Assembly: GCA_964416155.1 (NCBI GenBank)
Contig: CAYQCW010000003.1
Location: forward strand, 157,219-221,218
DNA: 64,000 nucleotides
Reading direction: 5' to 3'
Source of the DNA: an uncultured Nitrososphaerota archaeon
Lineage (GTDB): Archaea > Thermoproteota > EX4484-205 > JAAOZP01
The translations under genes and the position numbers were made by a program. Positions 19,342 through 29,372 of this stretch are shown one piece after another (the first letter of the stretch is position 1; every line of letters starts with the position of its first letter). The notes beneath the pieces are model-generated. The model did not search any database. It had not been told where the DNA came from and worked only from the letters and a program-made list of their open reading frames with translations.

Positions 19342-19940
19342 TGTTCTCTTCTAGTCTCTTTCCCAAGAAGGAGGGAGGAGAGCATGTAATAAACTATTTC
19401 GCTTCTCCTGTCAACGGTCGCGATTATCAGTGTCTTCCTAAGAGAGTAGGAGTGTCTTAGAATATTGTAGAGCTTCGTGACGGGGAGGGGTGTTCCTTCA
19501 GCAACCCCGTATACAAGGTATTTCGCAGGCTTCGAACCATAGTCGCCGGCCTCATAAACCTTGAAATCTATGTCGAAGCCGTAGCCGTCTTTAACAACAT
19601 ATCCTTTGTCCCTCAGATCCTTGTATATTAAGTATCTCAACCATATCTTACTATCGGTCTTTTCCAGAATCTTAAGGTACTGGTTAAACATCACCTGTTT
19701 AGACCCATGGTACAATACGAGCTTATTCTGGCTCATAAGGTAGAGGGCTTCAAAGGGACGGAGCACTAAAAAATCTTCCCTAAACTTGAAACCATAGCCT
19801 TTAGAATCAAGCCACCCTGCAGCCTCCCTGTCAGTAACATGCACTTCGTCGCGGCTTTTCTTAGCCACGATTGGAAATTCGGGTTCTTTACTTGTCTCCA
19901 TGCTCATTAAGTCCACCGGCTGCTCCATAAAGTAGTTCAA
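19338..19940 (-). CDS. endA: tRNA-intron endonuclease subunit, probably the non-catalytic beta subunit (start probably 19907 or 19901)
   Basis: EALYL, YKDLRDKGYVVK, DFKVY, EIVYY; no His at the catalytic position (GSKPAKYLV). Confidence 0.85.
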   Translation of the reverse strand: MNYFMEQPVDLMSMETSKEPEFPIVAKKSRDEVHVTDREAAGWLDSKGYGFKFREDFLVLRPFEALYLMSQNKLVLYHGSKQVMFNQYLKILEKTDSKIWLRYLIYKDLRDKGYVVKDGYGFDIDFKVYEAGDYGSKPAKYLVYGVAEGTPLPVTKLYNILRHSYSLRKTLIIATVDRRSEIVYYMLSSLLLGKETRREQ

Positions 19941-20970
19941 CTATTTCGAACGCTGTGAAGGAAGCCTTGACCTTCTCGTTAATAAAGAATTCCGTAACCT
20001 TCTCGGTTAAAACGGTTTCGTCAAGCTCTTTACCCTCCAGCATTTTCTCGAAATCTCTAAGTTTCTCAGAAGGTTCGAACATAAAGCTCCCGGATATGCT
20101 GATCTTCTCTAGAGTCCTATCTTTAATTTTAAGCCTCATCCTTAGAAAACCATTCATCAATCTTTTAGAAAAAAGAAGGGCACCCTTCTCCCTCAACAAC
20201 GCGGAATGCTTCAGTTGAACACTCTCAGAAACACGGTTGTTCTTAAGCATGTCTCTATACTTCCAGAAAAACTTCTTTTCCCTAAGCCCCAGCTTAAAAT
20301 CTTTTATTTTAAAGCCTAGATCATCCATCAAAACTGTCTTAACTGATTCTAAAAACGCATCTGCAGAAACCTGTTTCTCTAAAACCTGATCTAACCCTAT
20401 ATAGTTCTCCTTAAGCTTGCCAACTCTTTCTTTAATCAGCCGTTCTTTAGGGAATTTTAAGCCAGCCATTTCCTCATAATTTCTCTTCAAATAGATGAAT
20501 GCGAACCAGCTTGAAAACCCGTTCTTCTCCACATGTATTACTTCTCCTAGAACCTTATTGAAACACAGTATGTATTCATTTGTAATATGAATGTTCGACA
20601 CACCGTTTCTCTTCAAGATAAAGCTTATCAGGGAAACGTAGGTCTCTCTGTACTTCTCTTCCATGGGCACTATCAACGCGACCCCAACCTGGTTTTCATC
20701 ATGGAGCATCACGTCTCCTCCGTGAAGCCTGAAGAAGTACTTCAAACCTCTTTTACGTATGAAGCCTGTTAGAAAATCTTCGTCAGCAACCTGGAAACAT
20801 CCTAGGCTTACAACTTTACCCTTATTGCTATGCAGGATGACGAGCGGGTATTCCGGTGGCTTGGGCCTGCTGGAAAGCGCTTCGAAACCGGATAACGCTT
20901 CCTCAATCCTCCTATTCTTAAGAGTTAGAACCTTAGCCTCGAGGGTTGTCTGCGGGTTCGACTGGATCAA
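19888..20970 (-). CDS. Divergent lipoate-protein ligase A-like protein with C-terminal domain
   Basis: VSLGCFQ, RLHGGDVMLHD (cf. RRxxGGGxVxHD), ISGSFMFEP...FEKMLEG. Confidence 0.6.
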   Translation of the reverse strand: MIQSNPQTTLEAKVLTLKNRRIEEALSGFEALSSRPKPPEYPLVILHSNKGKVVSLGCFQVADEDFLTGFIRKRGLKYFFRLHGGDVMLHDENQVGVALIVPMEEKYRETYVSLISFILKRNGVSNIHITNEYILCFNKVLGEVIHVEKNGFSSWFAFIYLKRNYEEMAGLKFPKERLIKERVGKLKENYIGLDQVLEKQVSADAFLESVKTVLMDDLGFKIKDFKLGLREKKFFWKYRDMLKNNRVSESVQLKHSALLREKGALLFSKRLMNGFLRMRLKIKDRTLEKISISGSFMFEPSEKLRDFEKMLEGKELDETVLTEKVTEFFINEKVKASFTAFEIVELLYGAAGGLNEHGDK

Positions 20971-20974
20971 CCTC

Positions 20975-21739
20975 CTACTTCCTCTGCTCCACTTCCAAAG
21001 GCCTCGGATTTATCTCTGTGAAAACGTATATTGGCGCGTTCGTCCTCTTCTGAAGCTTTTCCCTCCAATCTTTACCGGTTGCAATAAGGATGAAAATGCC
21101 CACTATATTAGCCTTAGCCTTCTCGATAAGCCTTATTAAAGCAACATCTGTCTCACCCGTTCTTATAGCATCATCCACTATCAGGACGTTGTCATCCTTC
21201 TTCAAAGCGCTTTTTGGAATATATAGAGAGCTTACTACAGCAGAGCTGCCTATGACGTAGGTGGCTTCAAGGAAATCCTTCACCCCAACCTCCTTATACC
21301 TTTTAGCTATCACAAGGTCAGCGTCAAGCTCCTCAGCCACGAACGACGCTAAGGGAATGCCGTCCACGGCAGTAGTCATAACCTTGTCTATCTTTCTCCC
21401 CATGAAAGGAATCACAGCCTTATGGCTGATAAGCCTCAGAAGGTTCACATCCCATATTACTCGTGAAGAGTCGAAGTAGCCGGATTCGTCTAGAACAAGC
21501 CTGCTTGAAATAATTTCCTCAAGCGGAATTTTCTCTGTGAGAGTACGGTAAAGCTCATCAGCCCTCTCATCCGAGGGCAGCACATTCCCGTTAACATACC
21601 TTGCTAGAACCGTGATAGGCAGGCCGGTGAGCTGCGAAAGCTCGTTATAAGTATACCTGTCTTTGACCACTTTAAGCAGGTGAATCACGTTTATCTTCTT
21701 TTTAACCTGCTCCATCCGCGACCTGCTCATGACCGACAT
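20975..21739 (-). CDS. HTH + phosphoribosyltransferase (PurR/APRT-like) protein
   Basis: TYNELSQLTGLPITVLARY HTH; VLIVDDAIRTGET PRPP-binding motif. Confidence 0.85.
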   Translation of the reverse strand: MSVMSRSRMEQVKKKINVIHLLKVVKDRYTYNELSQLTGLPITVLARYVNGNVLPSDERADELYRTLTEKIPLEEIISSRLVLDESGYFDSSRVIWDVNLLRLISHKAVIPFMGRKIDKVMTTAVDGIPLASFVAEELDADLVIAKRYKEVGVKDFLEATYVIGSSAVVSSLYIPKSALKKDDNVLIVDDAIRTGETDVALIRLIEKAKANIVGIFILIATGKDWREKLQKRTNAPIYVFTEINPRPLEVEQRK

Positions 21740-21886
21740 ATGCCCGCAGCCTAAGTATTTAGCATTTTCATGTAAAAAGCTTCACTGTCAACATTAGAAA
21801 CTCCCTTTAAACGCTAAAGGAATGGGGGAAGCATAAAAACCGGGGAACCACAATATAGCCTGCTCTTGAAACTCCAGGGGTTGAAA

Positions 21887-21999
21887 CGGGCCCGCTGGGA
21901 TTTGAACCCAGATCATTACAGCTCTCCCACATTCGTCCCACTATGATAGAGGGCTCGGCCTTTCAGTCTGCCGCCATATCCAGGTTAGGCGACGGGCCC
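21887..21999 (-). tRNA. tRNA-Arg(TCT) with two introns: 30/31 (21954..21967) and 37/38 (21924..21946)
   Basis: Exons identical to tRNA-Arg(CCT) at 16..91 except two anticodon-loop bases; strict BHB GG-CGGC-AGA-CT/AG-GCCG-AGC-CC; spliced length 76 nt. Confidence 0.88.
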
Positions 22000-22047
22000 G
22001 ATTGTTTTTGTTTAAGGGGTGGGTTAAAAATGTTAACGGTTTTGTTT

Positions 22048-24954
22048 TTAGTCCATTATTATTGCTGGTCTTCCCGGTAGGATTGGAGGCTTCTTTGCAA
22101 GAAGCATCCTCACCTCTTCCCTTTGAGCCACGTCCTCGCTGAATGTTTCGACGCTGCACCTGAACTCCTTCTCGAAGAAGGATTGCACCTCCTTAATTAT
22201 GTTCTGCTCGCCTTTCTCTAGCACGTATTTTAGAATCTTCCTGTGTTCTTCCGTCACCGTCTGAATGTTCTTCATCACCTGCCCCATGAATCTTCCGAGT
22301 TCCTCCTTGCTGACGCCGGTTGCGTGCCGTGCCAAGATTCCCCTTATTTTTTCAGGATTCGTCTCAGCGATCTCAACTATTTCTCTAAACGCGGTATTCT
22401 TCCATTGCGCGGCTGTTATGAGCCTCAGCTTGGTCGGTGAAGTCTTTTTCACAGCCTTCAGTATTTGATAAGTGTCCTCCACGAGCTGCTCTAAGTATTT
22501 CTCTATAAGCATAGGCTTCTCGTCGGCTTCAACAGACACGGGCCACGCGTGGTTGGCAAGCAGATTCTTCTTACCCAGCTTGCTCCACAACTCTTCGGCG
22601 AGATGCGGTGAGAAAGGGTAGAGCAAGTTAAGCCATGTTTCAACTGCCTCCCTTAAAGCCGTGGAATCAGGTTCCTTAACCCTTCTCAAGTACCATCTTA
22701 AGTCGTTTCTTAAACCATAAAGGGCTTCACTCGCGGCCTCTCTTATCTGCATGTTTTCAAGGGCTTCTGTAACGTTTTTAACACGTTTCCTGACCGCGTT
22801 CCTTAACCAATCCTCCATGTGCCCGTTGCAAGCCGATCCTTTTTCTTCTAAAAGTGAGTGAACAAACCCGTAGATGCTTCTTAACAGCTCAATGTTTTTC
22901 CTAGCCTTCTCACTCTCCCAGTTAGGATCCTCCAAGCCCTCTGCCGAGAGAAGCAAGGTTATTCTCGTCGCATCCGAACCGTATTTTTCAACAGCATCCC
23001 TTAGAGAGATGAAGACTCCCTTAGACTTATGCATGGGTTGTCCCTCTATCCTTAGAAAGCCGTTCACCGATATTTGTCTAGGCCATTTCTCCTCAGGAAA
23101 GATGGCGACATGGTGGAAGATGTAGAATGTTAAATGATTTGCGACAAGATCCTTGCCTGAGTTCCTAAGGTCAACCGGATACCAGTAGTCAAACTCATAC
23201 CTAAGCCTCTTTAAGAAGCCCGCGGATACGCCTGTCTTACTTTCAACCTCCTCCGGCACGCCCATTCCGAGTAACACATAGTCGTAGAACTCTTCAGTAA
23301 GGTTTTCAGGCTTCAACATCCTGTTGTTAACGTATTTTGAAACGATGTAGTACGCCATGTACACGGTGGAGTCGCTCAGCGTTTCAACAATATGGCTAGG
23401 AAGCCATGGAACCGGGGTTCCGAGCCCAGAGGTCCTTGTGAAAGCCCAGTCATCATACCAGTTTACGAAATAAGTAAAGTTCTCCCTAACCTCCTTGGGG
23501 TATATGCTCATTCTTACCAATGCTTTCAGAGCTTTAGCCTTCCATTCAGGCCAAGAGTATCTTAAGAGATACTGGTCACCCAGGATTTTAACGTGGCACC
23601 TCGTCCCGCATCTGCAAACCACCGGCGACGGCAATTCTAGAAACTCGTCCCCTACACCGGTTTTCCTCATCTCCTCGATAACAAGCTCTTTAGCCTTCTG
23701 GACAGGTAAACCTGAAAACCTGCCGCAGTTGCTAAGCGTCACACCCTTGTGAAACTCCTCCCTATATACTAGGCTTGTAGCCTCTTCCAGCTTAGGGTCA
23801 AATTGGTTTTTTATCTTGAGTTCTGTAACAAGTTTCTCAGAGGGATTTGAACCATACTTCTCGGTTGTTATCATGGATATTGGTTTTATAGAACGGATTT
23901 CAGCCGGGTCGAGACTGTACTCCCTGAGAACAGCCTCGTTTCTCTTCAAGTCCTCAAGAGCCATGTAATCATACGGAGCGTGCGCTGGAACACTGTAGAC
24001 CACGCCTGTTCCAAGAGAAGGGTCTACGAATGAAGCCGGCAATACCAGGACTCTAGCACCTGTGAAAACAGTCTCAACAGCCTTGCCTATAAGGTCCCTG
24101 CCCTTTAATTCACGCATCTTATTAATAGTTCTCATCTGGTCGGCAAGCTTATCCAGCGTCTCAACGCTAACAATCCATTTTTCACCGTCGACAGTCGCCT
24201 CCGCATAAGCAGCATCCGGGTTGACCCAAACGTTTGTGGCTCCGAAAATCGTCTCCGGACGGAAGGTTGCGGCAACAAGATGAGAGTCTCCAAGACGGAA
24301 TTTGACGAGATAGAACTTCTCTGGGAAAACACCCTCTCCGCTAAGCCTGTCATGATCCCCCGTGGAACTCTTGTCCCTCGGACACCATACGACGGGGTGC
24401 ACCCCCTTCGTAATGTAACCCTTCTCCTTCAGCTTCAAGTATTGCCATTGAACAAAAGTGCTGAAGCCAAGGTTTAAACTGGAAGTATGGAACTCTCTAC
24501 GCCAATCTACAGCCAGACCATAATCCTTAAGAGCAGCACGATTCCTCTCAGTGTAATACTTAGCTAGGTAGAGCGGGTCTTTGAAACGTTCAATCTCTTC
24601 TCTTGGGACACCGTCCATCTTCTCAAGTATTTCAATAGTTCTCGCGTCGCCCCGGCTTATCCTGTCAGAGATTCCGGTTATAGTCGTACCGGTCCAGTGG
24701 AACGCGAACGGGAAAAGAACGTTGAAACCTCTCTTACGCTTAAACCTTGCCACAACGTCTAGACGAGTTAAAGTGTATGCCGTGCCGAGGTGGACGGGCC
24801 CACTCATATAGGGGAAAGGAAAGGTTACGAAGAACTTTGGCTTAGACGGGTCTGGCTCAGCCTCGAAAGCCTTCTCCTCCTCATACTTTCTCTGCCACTT
24901 CTTCTCGATCTCTGAGAAAGAGTACTCTGGCTTCTCCAAGGTTTTGTTTTCCAA
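22048..24954 (-). CDS. leuS: Leucine--tRNA ligase (archaeal type)
   Basis: PFPYMSGPVHLG (HIGH), PMHKSKG (KMSKS), GTGVVYSVPAHAP editing domain. Confidence 0.96.
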   Translation of the reverse strand: MENKTLEKPEYSFSEIEKKWQRKYEEEKAFEAEPDPSKPKFFVTFPFPYMSGPVHLGTAYTLTRLDVVARFKRKRGFNVLFPFAFHWTGTTITGISDRISRGDARTIEILEKMDGVPREEIERFKDPLYLAKYYTERNRAALKDYGLAVDWRREFHTSSLNLGFSTFVQWQYLKLKEKGYITKGVHPVVWCPRDKSSTGDHDRLSGEGVFPEKFYLVKFRLGDSHLVAATFRPETIFGATNVWVNPDAAYAEATVDGEKWIVSVETLDKLADQMRTINKMRELKGRDLIGKAVETVFTGARVLVLPASFVDPSLGTGVVYSVPAHAPYDYMALEDLKRNEAVLREYSLDPAEIRSIKPISMITTEKYGSNPSEKLVTELKIKNQFDPKLEEATSLVYREEFHKGVTLSNCGRFSGLPVQKAKELVIEEMRKTGVGDEFLELPSPVVCRCGTRCHVKILGDQYLLRYSWPEWKAKALKALVRMSIYPKEVRENFTYFVNWYDDWAFTRTSGLGTPVPWLPSHIVETLSDSTVYMAYYIVSKYVNNRMLKPENLTEEFYDYVLLGMGVPEEVESKTGVSAGFLKRLRYEFDYWYPVDLRNSGKDLVANHLTFYIFHHVAIFPEEKWPRQISVNGFLRIEGQPMHKSKGVFISLRDAVEKYGSDATRITLLLSAEGLEDPNWESEKARKNIELLRSIYGFVHSLLEEKGSACNGHMEDWLRNAVRKRVKNVTEALENMQIREAASEALYGLRNDLRWYLRRVKEPDSTALREAVETWLNLLYPFSPHLAEELWSKLGKKNLLANHAWPVSVEADEKPMLIEKYLEQLVEDTYQILKAVKKTSPTKLRLITAAQWKNTAFREIVEIAETNPEKIRGILARHATGVSKEELGRFMGQVMKNIQTVTEEHRKILKYVLEKGEQNIIKEVQSFFEKEFRCSVETFSEDVAQREEVRMLLAKKPPILPGRPAIIMD

Positions 24955-25023
24955 GCCTTGGAAAGATACTTAAAGATTTAGGGAGGAACCTCAGATAAGA
25001 ATCTTAACAACTTGCCGTGGTTA

Positions 25024-25696
25024 CTAATGAATACGCTTTTTTGGAGCATGTTTTCTCTTCCTTAGGGTCTTTTCAAGCTCTCTGTATCCCTCCTTTCTGA
25101 GAAATTCCTTTCTTTTCTTGTTGTTCCAAAATTCCTTTACCGCCATATCCATCGCATCCAATGCTTCAATAATGGCTTTCATTTTTTCATTGTAGCCCAG
25201 TGGAATCGAACAGCACGTAGAAATATCCGGGGAGAAGATAATTTACCTTAATGCCTGTTTTCTTGCTAACTAGTTTAGCCACATACTCTCCATAGGCCAG
25301 ATGTGCTACAATTATGGGATATTCATGTCTCCATTTTTCTCGATCCTCTTCCACAAGCTTCTTTGCTAGGACTTCTGCCTTCAGATAATCCATCCGATAA
25401 AAGAACATAAGCTCTTTATGCACATCATATACTTTATTCGTCTGAACAATTACGGTGCAATTATAAAACTCTAAGATTTGTGGAAGGTAGCGCTCATAAA
25501 ATATTTTAACAGCCTATTTTATCTTCCTCTCTTTCCCATCAATACAAACTTCTGATTTCCCCTTCACATATCTTTCTGATTTGTAGGGAAAACAGATGAT
25601 CCCGTATTCCTCCAACTTTCCTAGTATCTGACCATACCGTTCATTCATGTGAGCAACTAGTTTCTTTAGGAAGTTTTCTTCATTCATCTCCTCCAA
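25024..25696 (-). pseudogene. Fragmented hypothetical gene (three pieces), possible immunity partner of the upstream nuclease tip
   Basis: ORFs 25514..25696, 25187..25423 and 25024..25182 can be linked through frameshifts. Confidence 0.45.
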
Positions 25697-25872
25697 CTTC
25701 TAGCACTATTTCTCTTCCTCCAATAAGATATAAAAGCTTACATACCATTCTCTTGAAGGAATTAAGAATCTCCTTAATTTGATCTGTCCAGATTATTTTG
25801 TAAAAACATTAATATCCCTGGTTTCAGGTTGAGAAAGTTGGAGAGGGAGAGGGGCTGGAGGTTCAAGATCTT

Positions 25873-26166
25873 TTAACCCTCAGATAGGGGTTCATATCCT
25901 ACTTCCGCTTTCTTTTTCTCTAAGTAAACATAGGCTACTATGTAAGCTTTAATATTCTCCCCCCTCTTAATACCATAGCCCTTTTTACTTAAGTCAAGAC
26001 CATGTTCTTCAATATACTCTTTGTATTTTTTTAATTGCTCCAAGCCATTCCTAATAGCATTGCCTATGCTACCATACTTCGTGGTTGACTTGACCTCTAT
26101 GACTATGAAGCGACCGTCCTTCGTCTTAAAGACTAAATCTTTCCCATCAGGGGCCTGTTGAGTATG
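25873..26166 (-). pseudogene. Start-less PD-(D/E)xK (restriction-endonuclease-fold) nuclease domain, frameshifted
   Basis: Translates HTQQAPDGKDLVFKTKDGRFIVIEVKST...EQLKKY; continues after a frameshift as ENIKAYIVAYVYL. Confidence 0.6.
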
Positions 26167-26326
26167 CTACTTAAACCGGCTGGAGGAAAAGGATGAAGAG
26201 TGTTGAAAGCAGGCGTCTCCAGCCACGCCCATCCATAGATGGGAAACGCGTGGGCTTGAGATAAGGCTTTCCGGTATGCACTGTTTGCGATGCTAGGGCT
26301 GTCCTCACAGGGTTACCCGGCCTCCG

Positions 26327-26602
26327 AGAATCGGCCCGAAATACGTTTTCGAAGTCCATATGAGGGGAAGCCTGGAGGCAGACCTCCTCAGGCTTAAGCA
26401 TGCTCACAACCTCTGGGAGTCGAAAATATTCTTGGTTTCGACGGAGGATCAGCTTAAGGAAGCACGGTTGAAATTCCTCGGAGAGCTTCACGAGATCAAG
26501 GATGAAGTAACCCTGCTAGAAATAGGAGACGTTAAGAAATTCTACGGGTTTAAGGGGAGGTTCGAATGGCTTGAAAGAAGATTTGGACTAAGACCAAACT
26601 AA
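26327..26602 (+). pseudogene. C-terminal remnant of a restriction-endonuclease-like protein
   Basis: RIGPKYVFEVHMRGSLEADLLRLKHAHNLWESKIFLV; no intact 5' part. Confidence 0.45.
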
Positions 26603-27136
26603 ACATAAGCTAGAGGCTTACTTGTTTGCGTGCGGACATATGGTTGCCTTTTATGGCTCTAAGCTTGGCATTTCTTTAAACATATTTTTTAAAATGTTGG
26701 GTGAACGCAAGGGTTGTACTGACGAAAATTTTATAAGATTAACTTAAGTTACTGGGAAACAGATGCTGAAGGAATGTAAGGGGCTGGCCACTAAATTGGT
26801 TAAGCTTAAGGTGGACCCCGGGCAACTTGCAAAAAGCTTGACTGATAAGCCGGGTATGAACGTAACGGCTTTCATACCGTAACGGCTTTCTGCAACTCAT
26901 GCGGCTGTTTTCATTTATCGCACTGCCTTGTTTAAATAATTTATGGTAATAGAGAGGTTCTAGTCGAGGTTAACCTTGAAACAACAGCACGCACTATTCC
27001 GTCGCCCCAGGCTGGTCTTGATTTAGACCCTTCCTCTCGTTTTTCATTCAATCCCTGAACCCCCTTGCTTCCTGAGTGCATCAGGGGTGCCGTCTTTAGG
27101 GTAAAAGCAGAGTATGATTTTCCTACCATGGTAGTC

Positions 27137-27154
27137 TCTTAGCGCGCGCTAAGA
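27137..27154. repeat. Perfect 18-bp palindrome TCTTAGCGCGCGCTAAGA
   Basis: Directly visible; best copy of a motif recurring at accessory borders. Confidence 0.9.
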
Positions 27155-27285
27155 TGTAACGATAGGCTTTTTGGAAGACAGCTCAGGCTCTTTCTGTCAG
27201 CCCTTAGTTCGCAGGATTCTTGGTTATGACAACCATCGACTCTGTTTCAATTAATCGTGATACTACGGTAAAGTGTGCTTAGCCT

Positions 27286-27792
27286 TTAAGTTAGCATGTG
27301 CTTCACCCTGCTCCTTCTTTTTAGAAAAAATGATGGCAATAATAATAGAACTCCAGCGGTGAAGACAATGATTTGATCCGTATACTCCGATTCTGAAATC
27401 CCTTGCGAAGATGTTCGGAGACTCAGAGATGGGCTGGGAGGACTGAAGTTTAAAACGAGGGCGTGAATACCCCTTTGCGCTGTCTGAAGAGTCACTATGA
27501 AAGACCCCTCATGCCTACTTGCCCCCACTCCGGTCAGGGGCTGGTTCTGCAGGTAAGCCCCGACTTCTTCCGGCCTTAAAAATATAAGGGTTGAATCAAC
27601 ATCTCTGGGGATATCGACGGACAGGATGATGCTCGACGAGCGTGTGAAGAAGAAGATTTCTCTCGAGGTAACGTTACCCGCCGGCTCTAAGAACCTCCAG
27701 CCCATAGCTCTGTCAAAGAAGGGTTGGCGTGCAAAGATGTAGGTTACAGATACTAGGATTAGAAAGAAGCCTAGTCTTGACGCGGGATTCAA
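27286..27792 (-). CDS. 2-TM membrane protein with an extracellular beta-rich domain
   Basis: N- and C-terminal hydrophobic helices; last gene of the ABC operon. Confidence 0.7.
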   Translation of the reverse strand: MNPASRLGFFLILVSVTYIFARQPFFDRAMGWRFLEPAGNVTSREIFFFTRSSSIILSVDIPRDVDSTLIFLRPEEVGAYLQNQPLTGVGASRHEGSFIVTLQTAQRGIHALVLNFSPPSPSLSLRTSSQGISESEYTDQIIVFTAGVLLLLPSFFLKRRSRVKHMLT

Positions 27793-27793
27793 T

Positions 27794-28531
27794 TCATCTC
27801 ACCTCATAAAAGCGGGTGAAGCAGATATACGCGACCAGTAGAAGCCCGATGGAAATAGCTAAGGTAGTGGCTAAGGCGTCAGTGCTCAAGTGAGGGACGA
27901 TTAGAAAGCTTCTTGTAGAACTAGGAGGAATAAAGGATAGGAAGAATATTTCTTCAGGATTATAGTGGAAGGACATCGTGTTTAAAGAGTAGAAAACCAG
28001 CACAGTCGATAATATAGATATGATGCTTCTTTCAGAAACTGTGGATATTAAGACGCTTACAGATATGATGAAAAATGTTTGAACCAATACGGGAAGAAAT
28101 TGGAATATAATGGAAATGAGAGAATCAGCCAGCCACATACCCCTCAGATTCTCGACAACGAGTATCAGCGTCACAGCGGAAACATATATAATGCTCGCCA
28201 AAAATAAGGCTAAAAGCTTTCCGGCGAATAGTTCTTTTCTACCACGAGAATACGCTAGTTCCATATCCAAGATTCCAGCTTCCCGTTCATACACGAATAG
28301 GATTGTGGCAAGAACCCCGGTTACCGCCCCCTGTATCATGAATGTTCCAAGCACTGAATTCAAAATATATTGTACAAACATTTGGAGGAAAGAATGGATT
28401 GTGGGGTTCGAAAACACTAGTAGGTTTGGCAATTCTATTGTTCCGTTGAATACCATGCTGATGATCATTATTTCGGGTATTGGAAACACCATAAGTTTCT
28501 TCAGCTCCCAATAGACGTTTTCGCGGTTCAA
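27794..28531 (-). CDS. ABC-2 type transporter permease
   Basis: YEREAGILDMELAYSRGRKELFAGKLL motif, about 6 TM. Confidence 0.8.
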   Translation of the reverse strand: MNRENVYWELKKLMVFPIPEIMIISMVFNGTIELPNLLVFSNPTIHSFLQMFVQYILNSVLGTFMIQGAVTGVLATILFVYEREAGILDMELAYSRGRKELFAGKLLALFLASIIYVSAVTLILVVENLRGMWLADSLISIIFQFLPVLVQTFFIISVSVLISTVSERSIISILSTVLVFYSLNTMSFHYNPEEIFFLSFIPPSSTRSFLIVPHLSTDALATTLAISIGLLLVAYICFTRFYEVR

Positions 28532-29265
28532 GCCGAGACATCCCCCATGACTTTTGCGTAGGCACCTACTAACGTGCCATCAGGCGAAAAGTTTGCGACG
28601 AATCCTTCCAAAGAGTCTTGAACAATGATCCTCCCCTTATATATTACGATTATGAAATCGCATACTTGTTGAAGCTCTTCTAAGATGTGTGTTGAAATTA
28701 TGATAGTCCTATCATCGCGCCGCTTAAGTTCTTGAATGAGCTGAATCATTTCAATTCTGCCAAGAGGGTCAAGGTTCGTCGAAGGCTCATCAAGAATTAT
28801 AAGGACGGGGTCGCCAACCAGTACTTGAACGAGGCCCAGTCTCTGAACCATGCCTGCGGAATATGTTCCTATCTTTCTTCGAAGGAAATCGCCTTTTACA
28901 ATCGGGTGACTTAGAATATCGGGGTTGAAACCCACACCTTTTAACTTAGCCACATGCCTCAAGTATTCTACTCCCGAAACCCATTTTGGAAAAGTGCATT
29001 TTTCCCTCAGGTAGCCAATCATAGAGCATATCTTGTCGTGTTCTAAGAGGGGGTTTTTGCCTAACACTAGGATTTTTCCAGACGATGGCTTTTGAAGACC
29101 GAGCATTATTCTAATGAGGGTTGTTTTTCCGGAGCCGTTTGGCCCCACCAACCCGTAGACACCGTTTTCGAAAGTCGTGTGCACATTATCAAGGGCAAGA
29201 GTGTCACCAAACCTCTTGGAAACATTTATTGCCTCAACAGCTTTCATCGGCATGCACAAAGACAA
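28528..29265 (-). CDS. ABC transporter ATP-binding protein (export/resistance type)
   Basis: GPNGSGKTT, YSAGMVQR, LDEPS, ISTH. Confidence 0.92.
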   Translation of the reverse strand: MSLCMPMKAVEAINVSKRFGDTLALDNVHTTFENGVYGLVGPNGSGKTTLIRIMLGLQKPSSGKILVLGKNPLLEHDKICSMIGYLREKCTFPKWVSGVEYLRHVAKLKGVGFNPDILSHPIVKGDFLRRKIGTYSAGMVQRLGLVQVLVGDPVLIILDEPSTNLDPLGRIEMIQLIQELKRRDDRTIIISTHILEELQQVCDFIIVIYKGRIIVQDSLEGFVANFSPDGTLVGAYAKVMGDVSA

Positions 29266-29372
29266 CTTTGCCTACTTATATTTTACTCATCAGCACCTAA
29301 TCACATATTTAACTAATGTTAAACAACATTTAAATGGAGAGATAAAATAGAAAAAAAGGTGGATGAAATAAG

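Noticed and set aside
16-21999. Near-identical tRNA-Arg sequences as attL/attR of an integrated element, or as split-tRNA halves
   Set aside because: Both are complete isoacceptor genes in opposite orientation, core genes lie between them, and no integrase is present
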